64,000 nt of DNA, from contig JBHGNT010000013.1 in assembly GCA_043228905.1 (NCBI GenBank), forward strand, positions 6,944,001 through 7,008,000, written 5' to 3'. Positions 25,701 through 38,216 of this stretch are shown one piece after another. The stretch is from Azolla caroliniana (lineage: Eukaryota > Plantae > Polypodiophyta). The notes beneath the pieces were generated by a model. It saw nothing but the letters and a program-made list of their open reading frames with translations. It was not told where the DNA came from and made no database searches. The position numbers were made by a program, and so were the translations under genes. Numbering within the stretch: position 1 is the stretch's first letter; each line of letters starts with the position of its first letter.

Positions 25701-28511
25701 GAAGACATGCGAGGACTCGACCCTCAGTTATACCAGCATCAGGTTCACTTGAGCAAGGACGCAAAACCAGTGGCACAAAGACGGTACCAAATGAATCCCA
25801 ATTATGCCGCCAAAGTCAAGGAGGAAATCGACAAACTACTAAGAGTTGGCTTTATCCGTCCGGTAAAGAAAGCGACATGGTTGAGCCCGATCGTAGTCAT
25901 ACCGAAGAAGAACGGAAAAATTCGAGTTTGTGTGGACTACCGGAAACTTAATGCAGCTACGGTAACGGATGCGTTCCCACTTCCGTTCACAGATGGAGTG
26001 TTGGATGCCGTCGCCGGCCATGAGGTCTATAGCTTCCTAGACTGATTCAACGGGTATAAGCAGATCAGGATGCACCCCGACGACCAAGAGAAAATGGCTT
26101 TCGTCACCGAATGGGGGGTGTTTGTGGCCGTGGTGATAATGTTCGGACTCAAAACGGCACCGGGAACATTTCAACGAATCATCATGGAAATCTTTGGTGA
26201 ATATATTCCGGCTTTTATGCAGGTTTTCCTTGACGATTTCGCCGTCTATAGCCGGGAGGAGGACCATTTTCAACACCTTCGTCTTTGTCTAGAAAAATGT
26301 AGAGCGTACCGGCTAAGCTTGAATCCGGCAAAGTGTGTATTTGGCGTGTCCAATGGAACTTTATTAGGACATATTGTGAGCCAGGAAGGTATTGCAGTCG
26401 ACCCGGACAAAGTGAAAGCCATATTAGAAGCACCAGCGCCGGCAACGGCAAAGGCATTAAGCCGGTTCTTAGGCCAGATCCGGTGGCACAGCCGGATGCT
26501 CCGATACTTGGCCGACCTGGCTACACCGTTGCATGCCGCCATACATCGGACACCATTCTAGTGGACCGACACCGAGGATAGGGCATATAGGGCCCTCAAG
26601 GTACTATTGTCGCAAGCACCGGTAGTGCAGCCTCCAGATTGGAGTAAAGAATTTCATGTGTTCGTGGACGCCTCCGACATCGCAATCGGAAGCATACTGA
26701 TGCAGCTTACGGAGCCAAAGTGGTACCGGCCAGTGTACTATGCAAGCCGAAAGCTATCCCAAGCAAAACAGAACTACTCTACCACGGAACGGGAAGCTCT
26801 AGGGATGATCTACAGTGTGACAAAGTTTCGGCCTTATTTATTGGGAAGGAAGTTTTCCTTCCATGTAGATCATTCGACACTCCTGTACCTGGTGTCCAAA
26901 GCGTCACTCACCGGCAAATTGGCCCGGTGGACCTTACTGTTACAGGAATTCGAGTTTGAAATATTCCACCGACCCGGTATACAGCATGTCGTGGCGGATT
27001 ACTTAAGCCGATTAGAGTCCGGAGAGACGGGTGACGGAGTAGCGGATGAGTTTCCGGATGCGGAGCTATTTCGAGTCACTACGGAAACGGTAGCAGATGA
27101 GACAGTGGCACAGGAAGACAAGTGGCTCACAAACATGCACCAGTTTCTGAGCACAGGACTGCCTCCGGAAGAGATGAACCGGTACGAACGGAAACGCCTG
27201 GCGGTGCAAAGCCGACATTTCTGCTTACTGCAAGACACACTTTACCACAAGGGCGCGGACGACATATGGAGACGGGTTGTGCGCAGCGATGAAAAGGACT
27301 TGATACTGAGGGAAGCCCACTGCGGAGTTGCCGGAGGTCACTATGCGGGAGATGCGACGGCCAGGAAAATATGGCAAAGTGGCCTATGGTGGCCAACGAC
27401 ATTAAGAGATGCGGTACGGTACGCAAAAGAATGTGACCTATGCCAGCGAATGGGCCAGCCAACGGAGCAGGCTCGTATGCCACACCAACCGGTACTACCA
27501 CTCGAGCCATTCCAGAAGTGGGGGCTGGACTTTGTTGGACTATTCAAACCACCAACAATGAGAACGGGTAATCAGTACATCATCGTCGCGACGGATTACT
27601 GCACGAAATGGATGGAGGCCAAAGCCTTAAGAGACAACACCGTTGCGTCAACGACGAAATTTCTATACGAGTACATTTGGTGCCGTTACGGATGCCCAAT
27701 CGAATTAATAAGCGACCAAGGGGGGCACCTTCTCGGTCAAGTAGTTGAAAGCCTGACGACATTCTATGCCGTTGTCCATAAACGGAGCACACCATACTAT
27801 CTGCAAGCAAACGGGTTAGCGGAATCGACGAACAAAACGCTCCAGAATATCCTCCGGAAGATCGTCAACGAAAACCGAACGGATTGGGATACCAAGCTAC
27901 ATAGCGCGCTTTGGGCATACCGGACGGCATATAAAACGAGCATCCGAACAACACCGTTCCGGTTAGCGTTCGGACTAGAGGCGGTAATGCCGGTGGAATT
28001 CCACGTACCCAGCTTACGGATCCAGCTACGGGAACGGCTGAACGAGAAGGAGTCGGAGGCAATACGGTTAACAGCGCTGTGTGAACTCGAGGAACAACGA
28101 CTGGCAAGCATCCTGCACTTAGAATTGGAACAACGACGACGGAAAGCATTTGTCGATCGGCACAGGAAAGGAAACGAAAAAATGTTCGCAATCGGCAAAC
28201 CGGTGTTAGTATTCCAGACCCGGATGGGCAAGATGCCGAGTAAACTACAGTTTTGATGGACCGGACCGTATTGGCTGACACGTGAGTATAATGGGTCCTA
28301 CCAGTTAGGGACACTTGCCGGCGAAGTGCTAGGCAAATGGGTCAACGGATTCCGATTGAAGGCATATAGAGGACCAATGCCTAAGAACCCATTTGAGCAA
28401 AGGACCGACACCGATGAGGGAAATGGCAACCACCAAGACAGCCGAGATGGCGAGCCGGTAACTGGGGAGAATGAGGCCGGTAAGGGTTCGATAGGACCAA
28501 CGGACAAGTAA
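22725..28511 (+). pseudogene. gag-pol of element E (several premature stops)
   Basis: ORFs 22638-23573, 23655-26045, 26070-26561, 26607-28256 and 28326-28511. Protease IDGGSGVN, RT FLDD, RNase H, integrase HHCC plus WGLDF/SDQG/ANGLAE. Confidence 0.95.
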
Positions 28512-28894
28512 CGTCACACTAACAGTAAAAAAAAAAAAAAGAAGAAGAAGAAAAAAAACGAAGTAATCATGCAAAAGCGAGGAATGAATGGACGAAAGAG
28601 TGAGGAGCGAAAAGGTACGTAGTGGGCATTTAAAGTGCCACCACAGGACATAATGCTATTTTAGTACACGACGTGCACACACTCGAAAAAGGCGCCAGAA
28701 TGCACAGAGAAAAACCACTGCGCGTGGAGACCCTTTACTTTTGCGAACCCAGGAGCACAGAAGCACCAAGGCGCTACAAGATCATCAGACGAGAACCTAC
28801 GCACAGAGAACCTCCGCCTTCTGAACTCTCTCTCTCTCAATCTCACTCTCATCACCATCCAACCTCGCCACCGCAATCCGACCTCGACACAGAC

Positions 28895-31800
28895 ATGGAC
28901 CCGCAAACCCTGTCGGAAGCCGCCAAGACATGGCTAAAGCAACACGGGCTCGAGGGCTTCTTGATGATGATGGAAGTACCGCCACACAAAGAAGCCGACA
29001 AGGTGATAAAAGAAATCGACACAGAGGTCATAACGGCGGAGGCGATTCGAGCGTTAACAGGCCTTCCGGAGGGAGGCATAGTCACGATTGACAATCCGAC
29101 CCCGGAGCAACTCATCAGGTATTTTGGTGAGTACTCCCTAGCCAGCAAGGGCTACCTAACACAGGGCGGCGGAGATATGCTATTCCGCGAGATTGCTCGG
29201 GTGCTCCACGAATATGGCCATGTGTACCCTAGACCCCCTGTCATGCCGCAGAACCGGGCAGTGATGATCATCGCCACCTATGAAGGGATCAAGGTGGATT
29301 GGCCGGTATTGATCGCAGACGGGTTGTGTGCGGCGATCGAGATCGTCAGAGGCAAAGACGGCAAAGAAGGCCAAGACGGACGGAGGATATGGCACGTCGT
29401 AACGTAGTGGCTCACCTTGCTTGTGCCATCCGTCCAGCCCGTCAAGCCCAAGAAGCGAGGAAGAGTGGCGGACGGCACCCCAAAGACGGCTTCCAAAAGA
29501 CAACAGTTGTTGGCCTCCAAGGCCACTAAGGGGAAGGTGGCGAACGAAGAACAGGCGGGAAAGGAGAGCGTCAGCCAGAAGCGGCCAACGGATGCACAAG
29601 AGGAACCACCGGCACGGCCCATAAAGGTTACACTCCGCCGACCGGTGAATAGAGAAGCGAACCCCTTGGTGGCAAAACTCAATGTCGGGACTCAGGAAGA
29701 GGAAATAGAGGAGGAGCCTACGGAGCACCTCCAGCGACGGTCATCGGCAAGGACCGTTGAGGCAGCAGGGAAACGTTCGGACCCTTAGACGGAGGGAACA
29801 CCGGCTCCCCATACTGAGACTCCCATGCCAAGGGAAGAACCAGAATCGGTGCGCATAGCACCGGAATCAGAAGCTCCGGCAACACCGGCAACACCGGCAA
29901 GTCCCATCCCACCAGAGCCGGAAAGGTCAATGCAGCCTCCCTCGGCCAACCAAGAAGAAGCGCAAGGAGAACCAGGACAGCAGGGTGGTCCACGGGCAGA
30001 AACGGAATTGCAACTCGGCGCAATCAGGCGGGACCACCCATCTACAAGTGAGCCCATCCGTCAAACCTCCGGGCAAACACAACAACAAGGCACCGGTAGC
30101 ATGTGGCTCCGGTGGATAGGCGAACAGATTGTCGGAGCAGTGGGGTATATTGAGGCGGAAGAAAGAGCGCAAAGTGAACGGTTGCTTGTAACAACCGAAC
30201 AACTAGAGACGGCTCGGTCCAGAATCCGGTGCCTTGAAAAAGACCTGGATCAGGTCATGATAGAGATGGCCAAAATGGCCTTAACGGTGTTGGTAGATAG
30301 GTCCCTCCGGATGGGAAGGAAGAAGAACAGTGCCGAAGAACAAACTAGGCCGAGGCCGACAGGCCGAGGCCGAAACGGTATGAACCGGATGGGGAGAACC
30401 CGACTGCGGAGAGTCGGATTGTGCAGGCCCGGTATGAACCGGATGAGGAGTACCCGACTGCGGAGAGTCGGATGGTGTAGGCCCGGTATGAACCGGACGA
30501 GGAGTACCCGACTGTGGAGAGCCGGATGGAGCCGATCGAGGCTACACTTGTAAATAGCCGAAAAGTCATATTAGTATAAATATGACTTAGGGCAAACTTT
30601 TAGGATGTATGTGTGTTGTCATTCTTGTTGTTATTCTTTCTTGTTGGTGCAAGAAGAAATTAGAGCGCGTAACTGTACAGAGAGAGACCGAGGAGAGAGA
30701 GACACGAGGTCATTGCCTCTGTTGTAACCGCCGCCTGTGGCGAAGATCTGTGAGCACGAGGTCATTGCCTCAGTGATCTCACTGTTGTATATTTCTGCAT
30801 AGTGACAGTTTGCAGGTTGTGGGCTGCCGTGGTTTTTCCCCTATTTTGGGGTTTTCCACGTATACCTCCTGTGTACCATTTCTCCTCTTTTGTGTCGCGT
30901 TCTAATTACCTGTTTTTCTGTGTATGTAAAGAATCTCGGTTGTGGCCGAGCGTTAGACATAAGGAACGTCAAGTTCCCAACAAACGGCAACACAGATCCA
31001 ATCATCGGTGACTCCGGTAAGTGTACAGAATAAAGAAACAGATCGACCTGTACATACCAATAAGACCTCGACAACGGAAACCGTTCCGGCGAGAGATGCG
31101 GCGCAAGCCCAAGAGCTTGTGGAATTGAGAGATGAACTTGCTGCACAAGAAGCGCTAAGGAGCCATGAACGGGAATTGAAGACAGCGGTCGAAGCCGAAT
31201 TAAAGAAGACTGCTGAGAACCTCCGTCGGGCAGAGGAGAGCCTCCGGAAAGGCCATCAAGCATACGACCGGCTAAGGGAGGAAAAAGACAAACTGCTGTA
31301 GGAAAAGGACAAGTTGCGGAAGATGGCGGAAACGGAAATTGAACGGCTAAAGGAAGAGCTCCACCAGCAGAAGGACCGCGAGGACCGGGCCCGTCGACAG
31401 ATCAACGCACGGCTCAAGCAAAAGACAGATGATTTTGAGCACCTGCACCGGGACTATAAACGGCTGGAAACGGAGCATAAGGAACGGATGGCTGAGCTCC
31501 AGCAGGAAGTTGATTGGGCCGCGACAGCGATCGCCGACGAACGTGCGGAAAATACAAGACGGTAGGACGAGGCGGAGAAGGTCCGGATGGAGCTCTAGAG
31601 GCAACAGCAGGAAGAAAAGGAGAGAGCGTCAACGGTATTGCAAAAATTACAAAGCACATATCAAAGGCAATTGACGCATTACAAGGAGCAAGCGGAAGAC
31701 AACGTCAAAATCATCAAGCAACTGAAATCAAATCGCAATTGGGAACGGGCTGGCCGACGACTTCCAAGTCCTGGCGGATGAACAGTTGGCGCAGGTCCGG

Positions 31801-32173
31801 CAACTCGTAGCTCAACTAGACGATGATAGGCTAGACGCTCAAATCCAATTTGAAAGCTATGAGCGGTCCCGGGTTCGAGAAGAAAAAGCACGGGAAGCGG
31901 CAACGATTTAACCTTAGTGATGAGGAACCGTCGCCGGCCGAGGGCCAGCCCGGAACCAATCAACCAGAGACCGCTACGACGGAGGGGGCAACGACGGAGA
32001 CGCCGGTGTCAGAGCAACAAACGGAGGAGCAACCGCAGTAGCCACCAACGGACCCGTCGCAGCAGACATCAACAGAGCAGCAACAACAACAGCAACAACA
32101 ACAACAACCAATTCCAAATGAACCATTGGAGACTCTCGAACAAAGCATTCTGGATATTTTGGACGAAGAATAG
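28895..32173 (+). pseudogene. Extra 3' ORF (ORF-X) of E, interrupted by solo LTR D
   Basis: Starts MDPQTLSEAAKTWLKQHGLEGFL, then a Pro/Glu-rich linker, coiled coil and poly-Q. Ends QSILDILDEE*. Confidence 0.78.
30288..30982 (+). mobile_element. Copia solo LTR D related to the element C LTR
   Basis: Start tgttggtagataggtccctccggatggg matches the C LTR start. Ends cgtcaagttcccaaca. TSD AACGG at 30283-30287 and 30983-30987. 54-bp x3 repeat from 30377. Confidence 0.93.
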
Positions 32174-32183
32174 CAAGGGTCGG

Positions 32184-32225
32184 TTGTGGATTCGACGTAC
32201 AAGGTATTGTCCCACGGGCGTGCCA
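32184..32225 (+). promoter_or_regulatory. tRNA-Arg 3'-half-like motif at the PPT position of E
   Basis: ttgtggattcga-cgtacaaggtatt-gtcccacgggcgtgcca, then tg, then the LTR. Confidence 0.82.
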
Positions 32226-32227
32226 TG

Positions 32228-32660
32228 TGTTACCGGCCGACAAAGGAGTCCAGAGTGTGAAACGAGGAGTTATTTAATTAGTAGGAATGGTTGTAAGTAA
32301 GCTATGAGTGTGGACGGACGGACCGGAAGCGGTATGTCATTCCGGATCCGGACCGATCCCGAACAGGTGCGGATGGCACCATTTTGTAATACAGATCGGA
32401 AACCTATTTAAAGGCTCGAATATAATGTAATGAACAACGGTTAATTAATAAAGCTTAGTGTTGTTATCTCTGTGTGTTAATTGCCGTTCTGTATTCATTG
32501 TTATATCTTACGCGTGTGATTCTTAAAGACGATCATGCTAAATAACCTAATTAAGTCGGATTAATCGTTGAGTCTAATCCTGTTGCTGTAACACCCCTTT
32601 GGTGAAGTGTCTTCCGTAGACACCCTGTGTTGGGCCATTGTCCGGCCCTAAGAGTTAACA
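32228..32660 (+). repeat. 3' LTR of element E
   Basis: Direct repeat of 22239-22671, followed by TSD ATTGT. Confidence 0.96.
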
Positions 32661-34470
32661 ATTGTGAGTTCGACGGCCTTGACATCCGGACAAATGGAGC
32701 GAAGAAATCCTTAGTATCCGCCAATGAGAAGCTCCGCCGATCCACCCGTGAAAAGAACCCCGTAAGCCGATTCGGCTACAACGATTATATGGCATACCAT
32801 TACGCCTTTATGATGAAGGTAGCGATAATACGGGAGCCGGAAATCTTTTCTAAAGCCATGAAGGTCTCACAATGGGTCGAAGCAATGAATGAGGAGATGC
32901 GGGCACTTTGCAAGAACGAAACATGGGATCTCGTTCCCCACTCACCGCACAAGAAGGCGATCAGTTGCAGATGGATCTACAAGGTGAAGTATAACGTTGA
33001 TGGCTCTGTAAACCGCTACAACGCTTAACTCGTAACAAAAGGATACGCACAAACACATGGAGTCGACTACGAAGAGACATGTACCCCTGTGGCAAAGATG
33101 AAGATGGTGTGGACTGTAATTGCACTTGCAGTGGCAAAAGGGTGGCACCTCCATCAGATGGATGTAAAGAACGCCTTTCTTCAGGCAAATTAGAAGAGGA
33201 GGTATACATGGTACAACCACCCGACTTCGAATCGCATACTCATCCAAAAGCCATGTGCTAACTCAAGAAGCCACTCTACGGCCTCAAGCAAGCACTGCGT
33301 GCTTGGCATTCGAAGATTACGCAATATCTTCATCAAATCGGCTTTAGAATGTCGAAATCTGACAACTCCCTCTATGTATGAAACGGCTCTAGAAGCCTGA
33401 TTGTCATCATCCTATACGTGGATGATCTAGTTATTGGAAGTGAGCATTTGGTCGACATCAACAAGGTGAAATCCCTCCTCTCCAACAAATTCAAGATGAC
33501 GGACATGAAGGAGCTTCATTACTTCCTAGGCATCGAAGTAATTCGGATTTCGACCGGAATTATGATCTCTCAACAACACTACATTCTCAACTTATTATAC
33601 AAGTTTGGGATGACAGAGTGCAAATCTGTGGCAATCCCTCTCGATCGAAACCTCAAACTAGATGCTGACTCCGACATAGACGAGTGCAAGCTGACTCAAT
33701 ATCGACAACTGATCGGGAGCCTCATCTATCTCACAGTCACTCGACCCAACCTCAACTATCCGGTCGGCCTCCTTAGCCAATTCATGCAAACTCCGCGAGA
33801 TATCCATTTCCATTGCGCTAAGCGAGTATTACGATACGTGAGTGGCACAATAGATTACGACATCCTCTACGCATCGGCCATACCAATTCGATTCAAAGGG
33901 TACATAGATGCCGATTGGGCCAACTATAGAGCAGATCGACGATCGACCTCTGGATTTGTCTTCTCGCTCGGTAGCGGAGAAATATCTTAGAGTAGTAAGA
34001 AGCAGCCTACCGTCGCACTTTCGAGTACGGAGGCCGAATACAGGGGTGCAATCGTAGCTACATGTGAAGCCGTATGGCTCAAGAGGACTTTGAAGGATTT
34101 GGGCATTCCCATCAAGGATCCAACTCCCATTTACTGTGACAACATGAGCAGTATATATTTGGCTCGGAACCCGGTGTTCCACGCACGCACAAAGCATATC
34201 GAAGTGCACCACCACTTCATTCAAGAGCGTGTTCAGGCCGGAGATGTTGATCTTCTACACATCAACACAAATCTTCAGACAATCAACATCTTAACCAAGG
34301 CCCTAGGAGCTGACAAGCTTCGGCAATTCATGTCAGACCTTGGATTGATGATCCATGACTTGCCAAGCTTGAGGGGGAGTACAAGCGAGAACCGGATACC
34401 GTCCAAACCGGGTACGAGCCGAAGCAAACATCAATCGAAAGGAACCGACCGAGTTGAGCTTGAGGGGGTG

Positions 34471-34838
34471 TGTTGATAATCAAGCTCAACATAGTGCAAC
34501 GTGTGAACACACCTTTTGAGAATCTATGATTACTCAAAGGTCAAGAGTCACACCACTACTCTCTACACATTAACTATGTGTCATAGAATCATATTCTATG
34601 ACACATAACTAATGAGTTATATATTCCCCATGACTATGAGTCTTCACATTCCCAGGAGAGAGTGGTTGTTGTAGTTAGTTAATGAAGAGAGAGGTTAAAG
34701 TCAGATGTGACTCCTTGTTATGCTACATTTTGTAATTCTTATTCTACTTGTGCAATATACACCTTCTTCTTGAGTATTCTATTTTCCTCTCATTTATCTA
34801 TCTTGAGTTCTCTTTTCTCTCCTCTCTTTTTCTCTCAC
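34471..34838 (+). repeat. Truncated 3' LTR of copia F
   Basis: Matches 19125 onward, lacks the TATA segment and the terminal part, and is fused to another copia fragment. Confidence 0.85.
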
Positions 34839-35268
34839 AAATATTGGGCATGAGGGTAGAGCGAGATAGAACGAAGAAGATCCTACGGCTCTCCCTATCT
34901 GACTTTATTCGTAAGGTGCTGAGGAGATTCATTATGGACAAATCGAAGCTGGCACCAACTCCTCTCCTGACATCGATCTGACTATCGGACATGGAATCTC
35001 CCTCCTCCGAGGTAGAGAAAGAGCTCATGAGCAAAATACCCTACACATCGGTTGTAGGAAGTCTCATGTATGCAATGGTGCCCACACGACCCGACCTTGC
35101 ATATGTCGTAGGTGCCACTAGCTGCAACATGTCCAATCCCGAAAAGAAGCATTGGGAAGCTGTAAAACACAAATTCCAATATCTTCGTGGAATCGAGGAT
35201 ATATAGCTAACATTCGGATCAGACCATTCGACCAAAATTGAAGGCTTCACCAATTCCGACTATGCTGG
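34839..35268 (+). pseudogene. Tork-like copia RT/RNase H fragment H
   Basis: QILGMRVERDRTKK...PYTSVVGSLMYAMVPTRPDLAY...GFTNSDYAG. Confidence 0.85.
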
Positions 35269-35281
35269 TGTAAAGAATCAG

Positions 35282-35329
<48 letters not shown>

Positions 35330-37600
35330 ACAATGTATACAAAAAACATGAAAATTGTACTCACAAGAGAATAAAATGAACCAACAATTACAAAGAGGAC
35401 GAGACGGTGCATATGTAGTCACCTTCTCTCTATGTTCTCTCACTACAACCACAACTTACAAAGGTGGGGACTTAACTATTTACTAAATATGTGTCATAGA
35501 ACCTTATAGTTATATGTCACTCTAGTTACTATACTAGGAGGTGGGGTGTTCACACACTGAGTATACTAAGGTGTGTTCCCACACTAGGGAAGTTGAGTTT
35601 GATTCTCAACACTCCCCTTCAAACGCAACTTCCGGTCGCCGAATAGTTGGTTCCGATTGGTCTTCGGGTCGGCTTTGAGTCGGCTCTAGCTTCAGCTACA
35701 GATGGTCAGCTCACTATCGTGATCGTTCTACTCCGATCGACGTCGTGTCAGACGGTTCTTTACTCCCCCTCAAGCTTGACTGGCCGGTGGTTGAGAGACT
35801 TAGGTTTGTTGTGAACTACCGCAACTTATCGATCACTAGGGCCTTTGTAGGTTCATGTTAATGTGTTGTAGGTCAACATCTCTAGTCAGGACATGCTCTT
35901 GGATGAAGTGATAATGCACCTCAATGTGCTTGGTCCGAGTGTGGAACACTGGGTTGTGGGCTAGGTGGATGTTGCTCATGTTGTCACAATACAAGAGGAT
36001 CAAATCCTTGATAGGAATGCCCAGATCCTTCAAGATTCATTTAAGCCAAACGGCTTCACATGCGACAATTTTCGTGTCCCTGTATTCAGCTTCTGTGCTC
36101 GGTAGTGCGACTGTCAACTACTTCTTATCGCTCCACAATATGGCTCCGTTGCTGAGGGAGAAGACAAATCCTAATGTTGATTGTCTGTTAGCTTTGTAGT
36201 CGGCCTAGTCAGCATCGATGTACCCTTTGAGTCTAATCGATGTGGCTGATTTGTTGAAAATGTCGAAATTCATTGTCCCACTTACATAGCGTAACACTCG
36301 CTTAGCACAATCCATGTGAATGTTCCGTGGTGTCTGCATAAACTGGCTAAGGAGGTCGACCGGGTAGCTGAGGTCGGGTCGAGTAATGGTGAGATAAATA
36401 AGGCTTCCGACAAGTTGCCGATAGTATGTCAACTCACACTCTTCTGTGCCAGAATCAACATCTAACTATACATTTCGATCGAGGGGGGGTGGCAACGGGC
36501 TTACACTCTATCATCCCAAACTTGAAGAGTAGATTGAGGATATAGTGTCGTTGGGAGATCATGATGCCATATGGAGTCCGAATTACTTCTATCCCTTGAA
36601 AGTAATGTAGCTCCTTCATGTCTTTCATTTCGAATCGGTCGGAGAGTAGCTTCTTGGTATGTTCGATATCCCCGATATGCTCTCCTCCAATGACCAAGTC
36701 GTCCACATAAATTATGATGAATAATTGTCCTCTGGAGTCGTTGCGAATGAATAGAGAATTGTCGGACTTTGACATTTTGAAGTCAATTTGGTGAAGATAG
36801 TGGGTTATCTTCGAATGTCATCCTCTTGGTGCTTGCTTGGGACTGTAGAGAGGCTTTTTGAGTCGGTAGACCACAGTCATATACGTACTCAAGTTGAATC
36901 CGGGTGGTTATACCATGTACACCTCCTCATCTAATTTGCCTTGGAGAAAGGCGTTCTTGACATCCATTTGATGGAGGTGCCACCATTTTGTTGTTGCAAG
37001 TGCGATCATGGTTCGGATGGTAGTCACCTTTGCCACCAGGGCAAAGGTCTCTTCGTAATCGACCCCGTGTGTCTGCGCATACCCTTTTGCCACAAGCTTG
37101 GCCTTATATCGATTGACAGTGCTGTCAACATTGTGCTTCAGTTTGAATATCCATCGGCATCCTATTGCCTTTTGATGGAGTGAAGAGGGGACGAGATGCC
37201 ATGTATCATTTTTGGAGAGTGCTTGCATCTCGTCATTCATCGCTTCGACCCATCACGGGTCCTTCACGGCTTTGGAAAAAGTTTCTGGCTCTTGGACTAT
37301 CGCCACCTTCACCATGAATGCATAATGATATGCCATGTAGTCATTGTCGCCGAACAGCTGACTACGTTCTCTCAGGTGGACCGACATGGTTGTTCACTCG
37401 TCTTCATGAACGCTTTCTCAGCTCCTGATGTCCTCATGAGAGGCACATCTAATCCACCATAGTCACACGCCGAGTGAGTGAGGTGATTCGTTTTCATTTG
37501 AGTGTTCGTACTCAAGCATTTTGGCCTTCCCTTTGTCCGATTTTGGACTTGGTTGTGACGTGCTGTGTTGGGATTCGATCCCTGAGATTCGTGAGGAAGA
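35269..37600 (-). mobile_element. 5'-truncated copia G (F-like family): RT, RNase H, PPT, 3' LTR 35269-35611
   Basis: Minus-strand ORFs with HQMDVKNAF, YVDD, TRPDLSY and TKHIEVHYHF. LTR termini resemble F (tgttgagaatc...gattctttaca). (GA)n tract inside the LTR. Confidence 0.88.
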
Positions 37601-37605
37601 CCAAT

Positions 37606-37775
37606 TGTGAAATACAGAAAATAGCAAACGCATAGAATACACAGTTTACGTGGAAACCCTATTCGGGGAAAACCAGGGGAATAGAGATCCACTATACAAT
37701 GTTACAATCAATAATAATATGCACCGGCAGCCATCCTCGTCTTATTATGTATCTCTATCTATACCTGACCTAACA
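37606..37775 (-). repeat. Short Tork-type LTR fragment
   Basis: TG...CA bounded, with acgtggaaaccct...ggggaaaacc as in the C LTR. No TSD. Confidence 0.45.
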
Positions 37776-38138
37776 AAGCTCTATGTGTAGGGCAGGCAGT
37801 ACAAATCGAATGGCTCCTTGGAAAAGAAAGCTTCTTTCACACACACAAGAAAGGGAGCAGAGATGGGTGTTGAATTCTCGATAAGGAGGAAGAGAAGTTG
37901 AAGCAGAGAATTAAATAACAGAAGACATCTCATCTCTCCTCCTCCGATATCTGCTGCTGCTGGCCTTTTGGTAATTCTCATGAAGCAGCAACGTTGAAGA
38001 GGTTTTTAATCTCACTTTGAATCACGTAGGAGGAGAGGAGGGTTCTCAGAAACCCTACGGAACCTCATTGACTCACTGTTCTGTTTCTGGGCATTCATTC
38101 TATCCAAAACCTCATTGACCAAAAAACTCTCCTTCAAG

Positions 38139-38142
<4 letters not shown>

Positions 38143-38212
<70 letters not shown>
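38143..38212. repeat. (CT)n microsatellite
   Basis: About 35 CT units, seen directly. Confidence 0.95.

Positions 38213-38216
<4 letters not shown>

Larger units (their letters stand above)
22239..32660 (+). mobile_element. Full-length degenerate Ty3/gypsy element E (same lineage as B)
   Basis: 433-bp LTRs at 22239-22671 and 32228-32660 (about 21 mismatches). TSD ATTGT at 22234-22238 and 32661-32665. Pol is colinear with B. Confidence 0.96.
19125..34838 (+). mobile_element. Degenerate Ty1/copia element F, split by gypsy E
   Basis: 5' LTR 19125-19585, PBS TGGTATCAGAGC 19586-19597, gag KLDRNNFASWEYKM, integrase 21071-22090, RT/RH 32780-34380, PPT gagggggtg 34462-34470, truncated 3' LTR 34471-34838. 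Confidence 0.92.

Noticed and set aside
32150-32225. Functional tRNA-Arg gene
   Set aside because: Only the 3' half is present. It has a 13-nt insertion and an encoded CCA, with no D-arm or anticodon arm.
37781-37981. 66-aa ORF downstream of REC
   Set aside because: No recognisable motif or splice support.
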